Numbered from the stretch's first letter, positions 1 through 11,987 are shown. The stretch is 64,000 bases of DNA from Paraspadella gotoi (GCA_051294375.1 CM119265.1:4583124-4647123), one strand, 5' to 3'. The notes: generated from the letters alone by a model not told the origin. Made by a program: numbers and translations.

Positions 1-230
1 AACTGAATAATTTCTTGGTCGAATCGAATATATTTTTCTTTTATTCATTAATCTATTTTTCTTATCTCATTCGCCACAGCACTTCGGACAAGTATTCTTT
101 TTAGAATTTCATATGAACTCTTTAATATTAACAAGCGTTAAAACATTTAGGAAACAACAAAACTATTATCATCTCGCTAGGAAGACTTTTCTTTCGCCTC
201 GAGTCACAACGAAAAAAAAAAACTCTCTTA

Positions 231-290
231 CTCACGTGACTCCCCACGACATCACGTGACTTCCGGTGACGCGTCACTTCCGGCGACGCG
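231..290. promoter_or_regulatory. CpG-rich motif cluster: 2x TCACGTGA E-box and 2x ETS (ACTTCCGG), including an ETS-CRE overlap
   Basis: TCACGTGA at 232-239 and 252-259; ACTTCCGG at 259-266 and 276-283. Function is inferred from consensus matches only. Confidence 0.4.
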
Positions 291-1199
291 GGAGAGGACC
301 TGATTAACGACGCCAGAGGTGACGCCGCCAACGCCCGCGACGCCGCTAATTGCCTCCTGGCGTCGTTGAGGCAGTTACGGTTGATTGACTGTATCTCTTT
401 AAGACGCTACTGTTGGAGCAGTGAAACCTCGAGTTGGGGAAGGACTGTTTATTTCTGCCAACTGGTTTCCTGTTGAAAGTTTTTTTAAAATGAGAAAAGC
501 ATGATTACAATTTTATACCGAAAGATAACGGAGGGAAACTTCCGCATTTACTCAATAAAACTTTTCGTTATAAATAAATTTAGTATTTACGATACTTCAG
601 CTACATAAAACCAGACAGTGAATCCTCATTGAAAACTCCCAGGGTTTCCCGATGCTATCATCTTGTATAAGGAATGGAATTGATTCGGTACTTTTTAATA
701 TTAATTGTTCGAATTTAATATTAAAATAAAAAATATTTTTATCCCTAATGAAATAAGAAACAAACACAAAATTGCGAAAAGACTCGAACCCAAAAGTTCA
801 AAGTTTAAGATCTGTGACTGATTACGTCATTTTGACGTCTCTCCTTTCTTCACAAACGCGGGTTTTTTTATTCGAACATAAAAACCATCCACGTTTTTTC
901 TTTCGTGAAAATCGCGTGACTCATTAAAAACAGCGGACGTCCCTCGCGCAGTGACGGTGATGGCGGGCGACGGCGAGTGACGAGCCGCGCCGACGACAAT
1001 CGAAATAATTTTGGACCATTGGCATGGGTTTTTTTTTTCTCCCTTTGCCCCACCCCCCCGCTCGGATGTTAGACCGCCTCATACTGCTTCTCTTTCATCT
1101 CTTCCACCTCCTCCTCCTCTTCTCCCTCCTCTTCTTCCTCCTCCTCCTACTCCATTTTAAAAACTCTCCTCGCCCTTTGAATTCCTCCCAACTGTTTCG

Positions 1200-1275
1200 G
1201 TCACGTGATCGAAGAGCAGATATCACGTGGTCCGCTAGTCACGTGATCGAAGAGGAGAGATCACGTGGTCCGGTA
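1200..1275 (+). repeat. Tandem 38-bp duplication carrying four CACGTG E-boxes
   Basis: GTCACGTGATCGAAGAGCAGATATCACGTGGTCCGCTA followed by GTCACGTGATCGAAGAGGAGAGATCACGTGGTCCGGTA. Confidence 0.85.
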
Positions 1276-1308
<33 letters not shown>

Positions 1309-1556
1309 CAGATCTAGAGCAAACAGAGGGAAGGAGTACCCGTCTTCAAAAAAATATTTCATTCTTTTTTCTGAAGTTGAATCTAAATCGACTAATCTTG
1401 TTTTTTAAAAAAAAAGGACCAAACCTCGAGAGAAGGCAACAAAGTCATCGAGGACAACAACAACGACGACGACTACTATCGAGATAGCGATCAACGGCCA
1501 CGCGCGACTCTTGAAAGAAAACGTCAAGAACGTCGTTACGAGTTTCGTAGAGAAAA

Positions 1557-1596
1557 GGGACAAGTGGGACAAGTGGGACAAGTGGGACAAGTGGGA
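1557..1596 (+). repeat. 9-bp minisatellite (GGGACAAGT)x4.4
   Basis: Directly visible perfect tandem repeat. Confidence 0.9.
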
Positions 1597-1748
1597 TAGG
1601 AAGCTTGAAGGACAAAGAGGGCGAGGAGACCAAGACGGTTACGACGACGACTACGACAAGGACGACGACAAAAAACAACGACATGAATGACCGAAGCGAC
1701 AAAAGCTAAAAACGACAAAAGAAAAGGAATTAAAAGCGATGAAAGGAA

Positions 1749-1754
<6 letters not shown>

Positions 1755-1837
<83 letters not shown>
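1755..1837 (+). repeat. (GA)n microsatellite, representative of dozens in the window
   Basis: Pure GA run. Other long GA/CT runs lie at about 13063-13225, 16443-16563, 35571-35665, 36042-36151, 38900-39012, 52286-52401 and 63707-63801. Confidence 0.95.
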
Positions 1838-1841
<4 letters not shown>

Positions 1842-2713
1842 TAATGGAAAAAAAAAATCGAAGAGAAGACGGAAGCAGATTGGAAAATTAGGTCACATTA
1901 GAATCACTGGTCCGTAAATATACATTCCTTTTCGATTCTTTTAATCATATTTATATGATCGTTTGTTTGTCTTATAAATAAAAACAAAACATCTATACAT
2001 CTATATATATTATAAACCTTCGATTCCCACCGCAACAGCAAGTTACGAAACATTGTCTCTTCGTTCTAACACATAAAGCGCTCGAGTCAGACGCAAACCC
2101 GTTAACGCTCATAATAATAACTTATAAATTAGCATAAAAAACACACGTGCGCTCTGGGAAACCGAGAGCGCTGCCTGGTTGACGCTGGCGTTGTTGGTCC
2201 CGCGTGCGACCGGGTGTAAACACAATTAAGCAAAGTCGTTTAAAAGGAAATAAAACGAGTTGTTAACAAAGCATCGATCCGACGAGCCTCGCCGTTGAGG
2301 ATCCGATGGGGGGGGGCGGGGGCGGAGATATCTGTGGGGAGGAGAGAAGTGGGGCGGAGAGTAATCCCAGATGGTGGAAATTGGAAAGGGCGGGGGGAAC
2401 TTTTTTCGTTAGACGCGTGAGAATTGGCGATGATAATGAAAACGACGACGACTGAAGAAACGTAGTTAATTGCAGACAACTTTTTAAACAACAGGAACGG
2501 CGCATTAGAGTCACGTCTGTGGCATAAATTGAAAGTCAATGAAGGGGCTTTTGAAGAGAAACAAGAGTAACAAGAAAAGCAAATACGAACGGGGTCATAC
2601 ACAACAGCACAATCGCCAACGACAGCAACAGTAACATCGACAACGGCGACGAATCGAATCGACAAAGTCAGCTGCGTTTACGACGCAACTCGTAAAAACC
2701 CCGTCGCGCTCGA

Positions 2714-2745
<32 letters not shown>

Positions 2746-3018
2746 CTTAGAAAGAAACTGATTAACATTTTTTTTCTTCTTTTTTTCTTTTTTTTTTTTA
2801 TTGCGACTCCAATTTGGGTTTATTTTCGCGCCGCTCGTTGGCTCGCGCGTCTTAAGAGGGAAGAGTTACGACGGGAGCGTAAAAACTCGAAACAAAATGT
2901 CAAAAGGAATTTAAACGGTTCGAGGGGAAAGGAGGGAAATAACGAAAATAGTCCCGTTTAATGAACGCAGAACATTGAAAAAAAAAAATGTTTTAGGTTT
3001 GAAAAAAAAGGGAATATA

Positions 3019-4015
3019 ACGTAGTAGTGTCCTTGCAAATTTTATAAAGTTTTTTATTACAGAATTTAGCACTATAGTACAAAATTAGTTCCCTATATGG
3101 CTACAGAATTTTTTTCTATCTTTTGTTTTTTGAAAATCGATCAAATAAAGTGCTTTGCAACTCTTCAAAATTTGCAAAAAAAACGGTTTTTTTTCATTAA
3201 AATGAATAGATATCTTAAAAATATGCAGTTCGGAATCAATTTTACCTGCGTCAATTAAAAGAGCGGAAAATACTCATATTTAGGCATACTTTATTTTTAA
3301 AAATACCAAAAAAATACTTTTCCAATTATTGATGTTTTTAAAAAACCGAGTTCTCGGCATTTTAAAGTCACATTTTTTTATTTTCCGCTTTATAACTTTG
3401 AAAATAATATAAAATAAGGTAATAAACAGCACTAATCCTCTAGAAGTATCATTGGGCTTTCTATTAGGCGTAATAGGTATTAGTTTTTTTAATTTTTGTT
3501 CAGGAGCTAATGAATTGGTTAATCCTGAAAAAATTTTAAAAATATTTATTTTTTTATTTTTGTCTGTGTGCTTACAATTTGAATGTTTATGATATCTATC
3601 ATTATCTACAATAAACATAAAGCTTTAATTTAAGCCTCTCCCAACTTTTTACGATTTTTCATTATTGAATTATACGTAAAAATAAAATTTAAAAAAAAAA
3701 AATTTATTAATCAATTTAGTAACTTTCCAAATGGAATATTTTTTTTAAAAAAATAAAGATACAAAATACAGTTCTACTTATAAGGCTTTAAAACAAATGT
3801 TTAAAATAAAAATAATATAAAATTATAATAAAAATTAAATAAAACAGATTATTAACTTTATTTATTATAAAAAATATATGAATTTAAATTAAATATCTCA
3901 ATAAATAAGCAGGTATATATATATATTTCGTTGAGTATTTTAATTCAAATCTCATATGCCAGCTTTTAATAGTAATAATAATTTGTTTATTATTTTATGA
4001 AAAAAAAATATTTAC
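3019..4015 (+). repeat. Left inverted-repeat arm
   Basis: For example, CAGAATTTAGCACTATAGTACAAAATTAG (3060-3088) pairs with 6271-6301, and CCAGCTTTTAATAG (3959-3972) pairs with 5388-5401. The inner boundary is approximate. Confidence 0.85.
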
Positions 4016-4987
4016 AAATAATGAATTAATACAGTAGCTCACTCAATATTTGATATATATTATTAATAAAATGTTCCCAAAATATTAACAAGTAATAATA
4101 GGGCCTACCAAAAATATCGTACTTTTAAAGAAAGTTTGTTTAGTTGCTCGGCAAAGTTTCTTATTCCAATTTTAATTTAAAAAAAAACGAATATCACATG
4201 AAAAATTTTTCAGGTTGTGAATTTCAATGGACTTTTCCAACGCCACTTTATGTGGGCGTAACGCACTTCTTGGTTCAAAAATGGCTGTTGTTTTTTTAAA
4301 TAAAATGGTTCTAGAATAAAATTAGTTATTTTTAAGGCCTTTCTGGTTATTATACATAGTTCTAGAATATTGTTAATTTTTTTTGAGTAAATTATATGTA
4401 TACATGTATATTGCTAAAACTTATTAAATAACATTAATATTTCAGACTTAGAAAAAAAGGAAATAATTGAATATTATAGAGAAGAGATTTTCTAATACTA
4501 TTCTTTGCCGTGATTAAGTTAGAGAAATAATTCTAAATGTTATGGTTTTATAATTCCATAATATGTTTTTTAAATAATTAAATTTTATGTATGTAATTGA
4601 TGCTATAATAACCTCGGAGGGTGGCGCCAATCCAAGGCTTTGCCTAATAGGAACGAATAATCAAGTACAACGGTGTATAGTAGCTAGTGAGCGATGGTGA
4701 AAAGAAACAAAAAAGTGCCGAGTCTGTCTAGAGCACCCTTTAAATTACCCATGAGACACTTAATGTGGTAGGTCAAGTAAAATTCGATAAAGGCAGGTTT
4801 TTTTTTTAAAATGCTCATTAAAGTTTATTCGCGAAAATTTTTTATAAAAAATGTGTTGGTGTAAAAATAGTTTAGGTGAATATAAAGTGTGTTCACTTAC
4901 AATTATTAAATGTCTATACATCTATCATTATCTACAGAGCATAAGCTTGAAGAAAAATTTGTGAGTAACTTCACAAAAAAACTTTGA

Positions 4988-5029
4988 ACGCTGATGAAGG
5001 CTCAAAATTGTGAGCCGAAACATGTTCGT
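4988..5029 (+). ncRNA. Minimal type-I hammerhead ribozyme motif (Penelope-like-element type)
   Basis: Layout: ACG-CTGATGA-A-GGCTCA-AAATTG-TGAGCC-GAAAC-AT-GTT-CGT. Core CUGAUGA at 4991-4997; 6-bp stem II at 4999-5004/5011-5016; GAAA at 5017-5020; palindromic stem III ACATGT; GUU triplet with predicted cut after 5026; stem I ACG/CGT. AATAAA follows at 5034-5039. Confidence 0.75.
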
Positions 5030-5351
5030 CTATAATAAAATTGTTGCAAATAAATTATTGCGTCCTCCATAAAAAGCTTCTAAAATTTGATACGTCATAT
5101 AAAAAGTAAGAAATTATTCTTATACTTTTGAAACAGGTTATTATTACTGGATATCTACTTAAATTACATATTTTGTAAGGTAGTTTTTTGAAAAAGTACT
5201 CACTATGGCTATGCTTATGGCTAAACCCTGTAGCTTTAGTCAAAACTACTACTTTAATAAGGATTGGGAATAGAAGATAAAGTGGGTAAATATTCTAAAA
5301 TTAAAAGATCAGAAAAAGATTTTAAATTTTTTAATGATATATTTTTTTTTA

Positions 5352-6342
5352 CAAAATAATTTTTCGTAAATAATAAAAATATTATTGCTATTAAAAGCTG
5401 GATATGATTTAAATTAAACACTCCAACACTATATTACCTGTTTAATTTAATTTGAGATTAAGTTTTAATTAAACATCATAATATTTTATAAAATAAAGTT
5501 AATAATACTTGTTTTATTTATTTTTTTTATTATAATTTTAATATTATTTTTATTTTAACCATAGTTTTAAAGCCTTATAAGTAGATACTGTAATTTTGGT
5601 ATCTTATTTTAAAAAAATATTCCATTTGAAAAGTACTAAATTGATTATCTTTTTTTTTTAAAAAAAATTTATTTTTACGTATAATTCAATAATGAAAAAT
5701 CGTAAAAAGTTGGAGAGGTCTCAAATTAAAGCTATGTTTTGTAGATAATGATAGATATATTAAAAATTCAAACTTGTAAGGCACACAGACAAAAATAATA
5801 AGATAAAATAATTTTTAAACATTTTTTTCAGGATTTTAACAATTCAATAAGCTGCCTGAACAAAATTAAAAACTATACCATATTTAACGCCCAATAGATA
5901 AAGGCCAGGTTTACTCTAGAGGATTTAGCTGTTTTATACCTTTTTTATATTATTTTCCAGTTTAATAAAAGGAAAATAAAAAAATGTGGACTTAAAAAAA
6001 TGCCGAGAAACTACGGTTTTTTAAACATCATAATTGGAAAAGTATTTTTTGGATTTTTTTAAAAATAAAGTATGTAAAATGAAGTATTTTCGCGCTCTTT
6101 AAATTGATGCAGGTTAAATTTGATTCCGAACTGAATATTTTTTAAGATAATCTATCATTTTTAATGAAAAAAACCGTTTTTTTGCAAATTTTGAAGACGT
6201 TGCAGGCACTTATTGATCGATTTTTCCAAAAAAACAAAGAATAGAAAAAAATTAGTAGCATAATAGGGGACTAATTTTGTAACTAATAGTGCTAAATTCT
6301 GTTAAAAAACTTTTTAAAAATTTGCTAAGGCCTAATAACGTA
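5352..6342 (-). repeat. Right inverted-repeat arm
   Basis: Reverse complement of 3019-4015, differing mainly by indels. The inner boundary is approximate. Confidence 0.85.
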
Positions 6343-7092
6343 TGTAACTAGTAAGATATAACTTAAATTTTAAGTGAAGTAAATAATATGAAGTCTAATT
6401 AAATGGATTACGGGAAAGTAATGTGGACAACGTTGCGTGTTCTTGCGCTGACGAAAAACAACGGAATTCAAATGAAGAGAAATTCTCAAATTTTACGTAC
6501 TGACTCTTCCAAAATAAAAGTTGTCATAGAAAATAAAATCAGTTTATCGAATGATGCGTCTGCGGGTCAAAACGGAACTGGTCACGCAACAACGGGTCAC
6601 GCGACCCGACCATCAAAGTATGCTTGTTTTTTTTTTGCTTGCATCAATCGGGATTTGCAGGCGGTAGCTTAAGCCAAAATGTAGATGTAGAAATGCGGAA
6701 TTAAGGTAAGCACCGTTATTTAAATCTTTATGATTAGATTCCATATGCTAATTAATACTTTAAATTGAAAAAGATAATGTAATTTAATAAAGCGATAGGA
6801 AGAAGAGAGAGATGGGAGACCAGGGGAGAGATGTCAGTAAGGAGTAATGACGAGATGAGTAGTGAGAGAGAGAGCAGAGAGAGAGAAGAGAGGGACGAGA
6901 AGATGAGAGAGAGAGATGATAGAAACGATAGAAGATCGTGGGATCGAGAAGAAAAGAAATAAGGGAAAAAGGATTGAAAGAAGATCGGCAAGAATAACTT
7001 TTCCGCCGTTTGGACAGTTATTGTTGCTTTGACCTGACGAGAAAAGAGAGGAAGGGGGAGATGATGAAGAGAAAATTGGGAGAAAAAGGGAA

Positions 7093-7330
7093 AGGGTTTA
7101 GAGGAAAGAAAAGGAGAAGAGGGTTTTAGAGGAAGAAAGGAGGAGAGAGTTTTAGAGGAAAGAAAGAGGAGAGAATTTTAGAAGGAAGAAAAGGAGGAGA
7201 GGGTTTTAGAGGAGAAAAAGGAGGAGAGGGTTTTAGAGAAAGAAGAAGGAGGAGAGGATTTTAGCGAGGAAAGAAAAGAGGAGAGGATTTTAGAGAAGAA
7301 AGAGGGAGAGGGTTTTAGAAAAAGAAAGGG
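7093..7330 (+). repeat. ~27-bp purine-rich minisatellite, ~9 degenerate copies
   Basis: Approximate unit GAGGGTTTTAGAGGAAAGAAAAGGAGGA; TTTAG recurs every 25-29 bp. Confidence 0.85.
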
Positions 7331-8150
7331 TATATTAATAAGTGTAATAAGTTTTCCAGAATATAACTGGCAACTTTCTTCACCCTAATACATAAGTGTC
7401 GCCCGAGGAACAGTCCGTATTGGTCGACACATAGTAATATCAGTCAGGCAATACTTACAGTAACGGTCACACATAGTTAACGCTATCAGCTCAAGCTACT
7501 CGTGTCTATACAGGATTGACTTAATTATAGGATGGCGTCGCACGGTCGACATACGGCATGAGGAGTAAAAAATATAAGAGGAGTTCGTACATGGCGTTCA
7601 AATTTGTGATTGAAGGAATGTAAAATGAATGGAAAAAAATCATTCCAAGGAAAGACGTGGCATTCGAAATGTGAATGAAAGCGAGGCACCTAAATTTCAA
7701 ATACTGAACTGAGAGATATAAGTTTCGAGAATTCGGTCTGCGACGAGACACAATCGGTAAATCTTAGATCCATAGACAGAGGAAAGGGAGAGAAGATGAG
7801 ATATGAATAGAATAAATTTGCATAATAGAAAATAGTGAAACCGAGATATGTGGCCTTTTGCTGTAGTAAGCAGCGGCAGCTGTGGTTGGTGATAGATGAT
7901 GATGTATGATGATTGATGATGATGATGATGATGATATGATGAAATGATAATGATGATAGATGATGATGATTGATGATGCATCGGATGAAAATTAATGATT
8001 GATTGATTATTCGAGTCATCAATTTTTTTCGAAATTGTTTACCTTCAAATAATTTTTTTCTCTCTCTGGTTTCATGTTTTCATTCTTTGATTCAGCGCCC
8101 ACCCCCCCTGCCTCGACGCGAATCCGATGACAACTTCTCCCGACAATTGC

Positions 8151-8164
8151 GTTTCCTTGGCAAC
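8151..8164. promoter_or_regulatory. RFX X-box consensus match
   Basis: GTTTCCTTGGCAAC, with additional CTGGCAAC half-sites at 8217-8224 and 8251-8258. Confidence 0.35.
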
Positions 8165-10838
8165 CGGCGAACGCCCGCTTTGATGGCGGCCAGTTGGCAC
8201 CGGGTCGAGAGATTAGCTGGCAACCGGACGGCATTCCGCGTGCCATCTCGCTGGCAACAAAAAAAAAGAGGAGCCAGGCGCTGGAACGCCGCGACCTGGA
8301 TCCCGAAATCAGAGTTGACGAGAACGGCGACGAAACTGACGACGACGAGAGCGACGACGACGACGGAGACGACGACGAAATTAAATCTTATGCCCATATT
8401 TCATGATAAAGTCTTGGGGGGGTCGTAGGGGAGGTTGGCTGAATATCTAGGCAAAAAAGTCCTGGGACGGGGCTCTACCTATGGAGCCGGAAACGGGGAA
8501 TATGGGAGACGAGGAGAAAAGTCAGAGGAATCGTCTCGCCGTAGCGTTTGGTTATCGTGTAGACGATTTATTATTGTTTTCTTACTACTACTTCAATACT
8601 TTCTTTTTTATTCACTGGTTCTCTGCTTCGTTTATTTATTTTTTTTTAGGTGAAAAAAGATTAAGAATGTGATACAAAGAGAGAGAGAGAGAGAGAGTAG
8701 AAAGTGAAGAGAGAGAAGAGAGAGAAAAGCGTGGAGGAAATTTCTCTCGTTCCTGTTCGGTGACCCAGTAAAGTTTTCCCCGGTTCTTGAACCGCGATGC
8801 AGACAAACTTTGGAAGAGTTGACGCGCGTTGACCCACTTGTGCAAACGCTTCGCCGCTGGACCGGAAGTGAGTGAGAAAAACCGCCGACGGGGCCGGCCG
8901 AAAGTTTATAGGAAGGAGTCGGAAGCGTGAACAGCGCCCTGGGGGGTGGTCTGGGGCGGGCGATAGCAGTCGACCTCGGCTGGGTGGGAGCGTCGTGCAG
9001 GATCGCGTGCGCCTGTGGCTGACGTCGCGTATGATATAACGCTTGGACTGGAGTGACAAACCGGCGGCGGCGACGGCTCTCCGGCCGGCGGCGGTGGCCG
9101 GCGACCGGCAGCAGGCACAGCGCGCCGGGGCGTGACGGAAAATCGGTTTCCGTCGCGAAGAAAGAGAGAGGAAAACTCGTGGCCGAAAATTTCCCAGTAG
9201 TAGCGTATCTGCGTAGCCGCAGCGCTTAGCTGCTGAGGAGATGGGCGAGGAAGAGAGATATTACTGGACTCGTTAGTGTTACATTTTGTCGCGATAATCT
9301 AAAATTTTAGTCGCTTAGATACTAGGTACTATACAAAACCGATGCCCAGTGGGAACTGACCCACGCAACTGATTGAGCGAACGACCTATCCTCTTGGTGA
9401 CCTTAGTTTAGGTAGGGTAAATAGCTGGCGGACAGAAAACCCTCGTTAATAGTGGGAGGAGGTTGGAAAGCTGGATGAGTTGAAGAGAGAGAAGAGACGG
9501 ACTGAGCAGAAAGTCAATATTGAACGTTTAAAGACGGTAGTGGTTCGCCACCGGTTTCATCGGCGCCGTCGGTGCATGACGCAGAGAGACAAAACGACGA
9601 CGATGTAAACGACGACGTTAATAAACGACGATGACGGATGATAGGAAAATTCTTGGAGAAAAAAAAAATTCCATTCGTTGATGGAATCGAGCGAAATCGA
9701 AATAGATTTAATCTCGGCAGAATCAATTTCGGGCAAATGATTTGTTCCAAGAGAAAAAGCGGAGTTTCTTTCTTTGTTCCATTTTCGGTTCATCGTCAAA
9801 ATTCGGTTAACAATTGCATGCGATTCGATGGGGAAGCGAGGGTTTTTTGTTTGTTTGAAATTTTAGATGCTCCACTAGTAAATAAATATATTGTGTTATC
9901 ATTTATAAATTCTATGGCGGAAAGTCAAGGAGAGAGAGAAAGAGAAAAACAGAAAAAAAAAGTCGTACAGAGAATTTAAATCAAAATGATGGTCAAAAAT
10001 ATTCATAGCGATTAACTAATTTGTAAAATAAGTCCTTTTTTTCCTGCCTAATACTTGCCAGTAAGTCGGATAACATGTAGATTGTAGAATGATAACATTA
10101 TAACTTTTCCCGTCCATATGACGACTTCACATTAATGAATATTAGTAATGAATATATAAATATGAAACAGTAATGAATATATAAAACTTTAATTTTAATA
10201 ATAATAACGAAATATATTGGAAATAGACGAAGACGAAGACGAACTCATTTCTGAAACGAAATCAATAAAAGGAGACAATCGAATCAAATCCAAGGAAAAA
10301 GAAAGAAACGAAGAAATAAAGCGGAGAAACTCGAGAAAGAAAAAAGAGAAAAAAGGGGAAAAAAATTCCTTAGAAATAAATGAAGTCGTCGGGAGAGAGG
10401 GGGGGGTGGGGGGAGTTAAGAAATTCCGAGAAAAGAAGTTTTTTTCAAGGACGAAAGATAAACAAAAAAAAAGTTGAACAAAGAAACAAAAGAATTAAAA
10501 TATTTAGAATAAACATAGTATATAGGGAATACTGTAAAAATAACAAACACTATCAAGACTGCAATGATAATATTAAAATCATATTTTTTATTTATTTGTA
10601 AAATAAAACTTTCTCTGCATTAAGTTTTCTATCTTTAGTCATGAGAAGAAAATTGAAAAAATGAGTTCTAAGACAGAATATTTAACCTATGACAAATAAC
10701 TTCGTCTCTTTGTCGTCCTTTCAATAAAAGATAGAAATGGCGACGGATAAAAACCCAAAATCGGAGGCGAAATTAAGAAGTTTCGACGTCATTGGTATTC
10801 GTTGGCGAAAAGTCTTATTTCGTTGATTCGAATATATA

Positions 10839-11188
10839 TTTATATTGGTTGTACCAATTTCATAAAATTCAGCTCCTTGTATTTTGATGCTAGTGCGGAG
10901 TACAATAAGTATTCCCCGATCTAATACTTAAGGGAGTGGTCTTTTCATACAATTGAAACATTCTTTGAAATATTTTCCACTTCATTGATAGGGAAGCCAG
11001 GTACTCTGGGAGTGAATAAACAAGACTGTGAGAGAGTCTTGATTGAAAGCTTGCAGGGACCTGCTATGTCATTATCTTGTAAGAGTGATGGAGGCCTTAA
11101 ACCACCAAAGCCTGTCCAAAGTCAGGGGCAAGATAGCTTATTTATTAAATGAATGGATAATTTTTATATTGGTTGTACCAATTTCATA
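10839..11188. mobile_element. Dispersed repeat fragment bounded by perfect 26-bp direct repeats (unclassified TE)
   Basis: TTTATATTGGTTGTACCAATTTCATA at 10839-10864 and 11163-11188. The interior is CpG-poor relative to the flanks. The last 118 bp recur inverted at 46143-46260. Confidence 0.6.
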
Positions 11189-11697
11189 TTCAAGTTTGCA
11201 TACAAAATTAAAAGTATCGTTCATCTCGATATTAAACCAAAAATAAATCTAACACGATCACTTACGGACATTACGGACATATGGACGCATTGAAGTCTAA
11301 ACCGAACAAATTTGACGACACAAGAATGACGACGTTGTTGTTATTGATGGATTCAAGTTTGTCATTTCCCCTTCTCCTTTGCTGTCCCTTCTCTCTCCCA
11401 CAACGTTATTAAATCTAATATCTCTTTCTTTTTATTTTTTTAGATTCCGACGAAATTTAACGCTGAAAACGTCGGCCATTCATTTTCGACCCAGGAAATT
11501 CTGAACGAACCTTCTCTGATTTTCACGCTTAAAAATAAAAATACTGCGCCGTAAAGGAAAAAAAAAAAACAAAGAGATGAAAAGTAAACAACTTTGTCTA
11601 CTTTGTCTCTCTCCCCTATTCGCCCCAAATTCCGAACCTTTTTCCCCTCGATCCCTTATTTCTCTCACGTGGACTCGATGCCGACAACGATGATCCG

Positions 11698-11765
11698 GAT
11701 TCCAGCGCCGCCGACGGAAGTGGGCGTGGCCTCCGCGTAAGGCTAACGTCACTTCCGGCGACGCG
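11698..11765. promoter_or_regulatory. Composite ETS-SP/KLF and ETS-CRE motif module
   Basis: CGGAAGTGGGCGTGGC at 11715-11730 and CGTCACTTCCGGCGACGCG at 11747-11765; both recur elsewhere in the window. Confidence 0.4.
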
Positions 11766-11839
11766 AAAAAAAAAGAGCGATAGACGAGCGGCGTGCCAGC
11801 GGCGCCATCAACACGCCGGGAATGCGCGAGTGGCGAGAG

Positions 11840-11871
<32 letters not shown>

Positions 11872-11950
11872 CGGATGGTGTCATCATATCCTCAGCCAAA
11901 GACGTCTCTTTCAAGGACTGGGGTCATCATCTGCTTCGGCCTGAGAAAAT

Positions 11951-11987
<37 letters not shown>

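Larger units (their letters stand above)
3017..6342. mobile_element. Non-autonomous long-TIR (foldback-like) DNA element, ~1-kb inverted arms around a ~1.3-kb spacer
   Basis: The left arm (ACGTAGTAGTGTCCTTGCAAATTTTATAAAG..., ~3019-4015) is the reverse complement, with scattered indels, of ~5352-6342 (...AAAATTTGCTAAGGCCTAATAACGTA). TA lies at both outer ends. The element is strongly AT-rich with sharp compositional edges. No transposase ORF was seen. Confidence 0.7.

Noticed and set aside
4724-4744. Possible TTAA-flanked transposon end (GAGCACCCT-TTAA)
   Set aside because: I found no matching opposite terminus in the window.
4946-5013. Peptide LEEKFVSNFTK/TLNADEGSKL*, reminiscent of a Penelope GIY-YIG C-terminus
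   Set aside because: It needs a frameshift, is very short and overlaps the ribozyme core. It is too weak without a profile search.
7093-7330. Regularly spaced ~27-bp repeats as a possible CRISPR array
   Set aside because: The units are tandem with no unique spacers, there are no cas genes, and the context is eukaryotic.
6790-9510. Complex-looking sequence at about 7380-7560, 8400-8560 and 9180-9500 as possible exons or ncRNA
   Set aside because: There is no coherent ORF or splice pair. Neighbouring microsatellites are degraded in a way that suggests unpolished long-read sequence.
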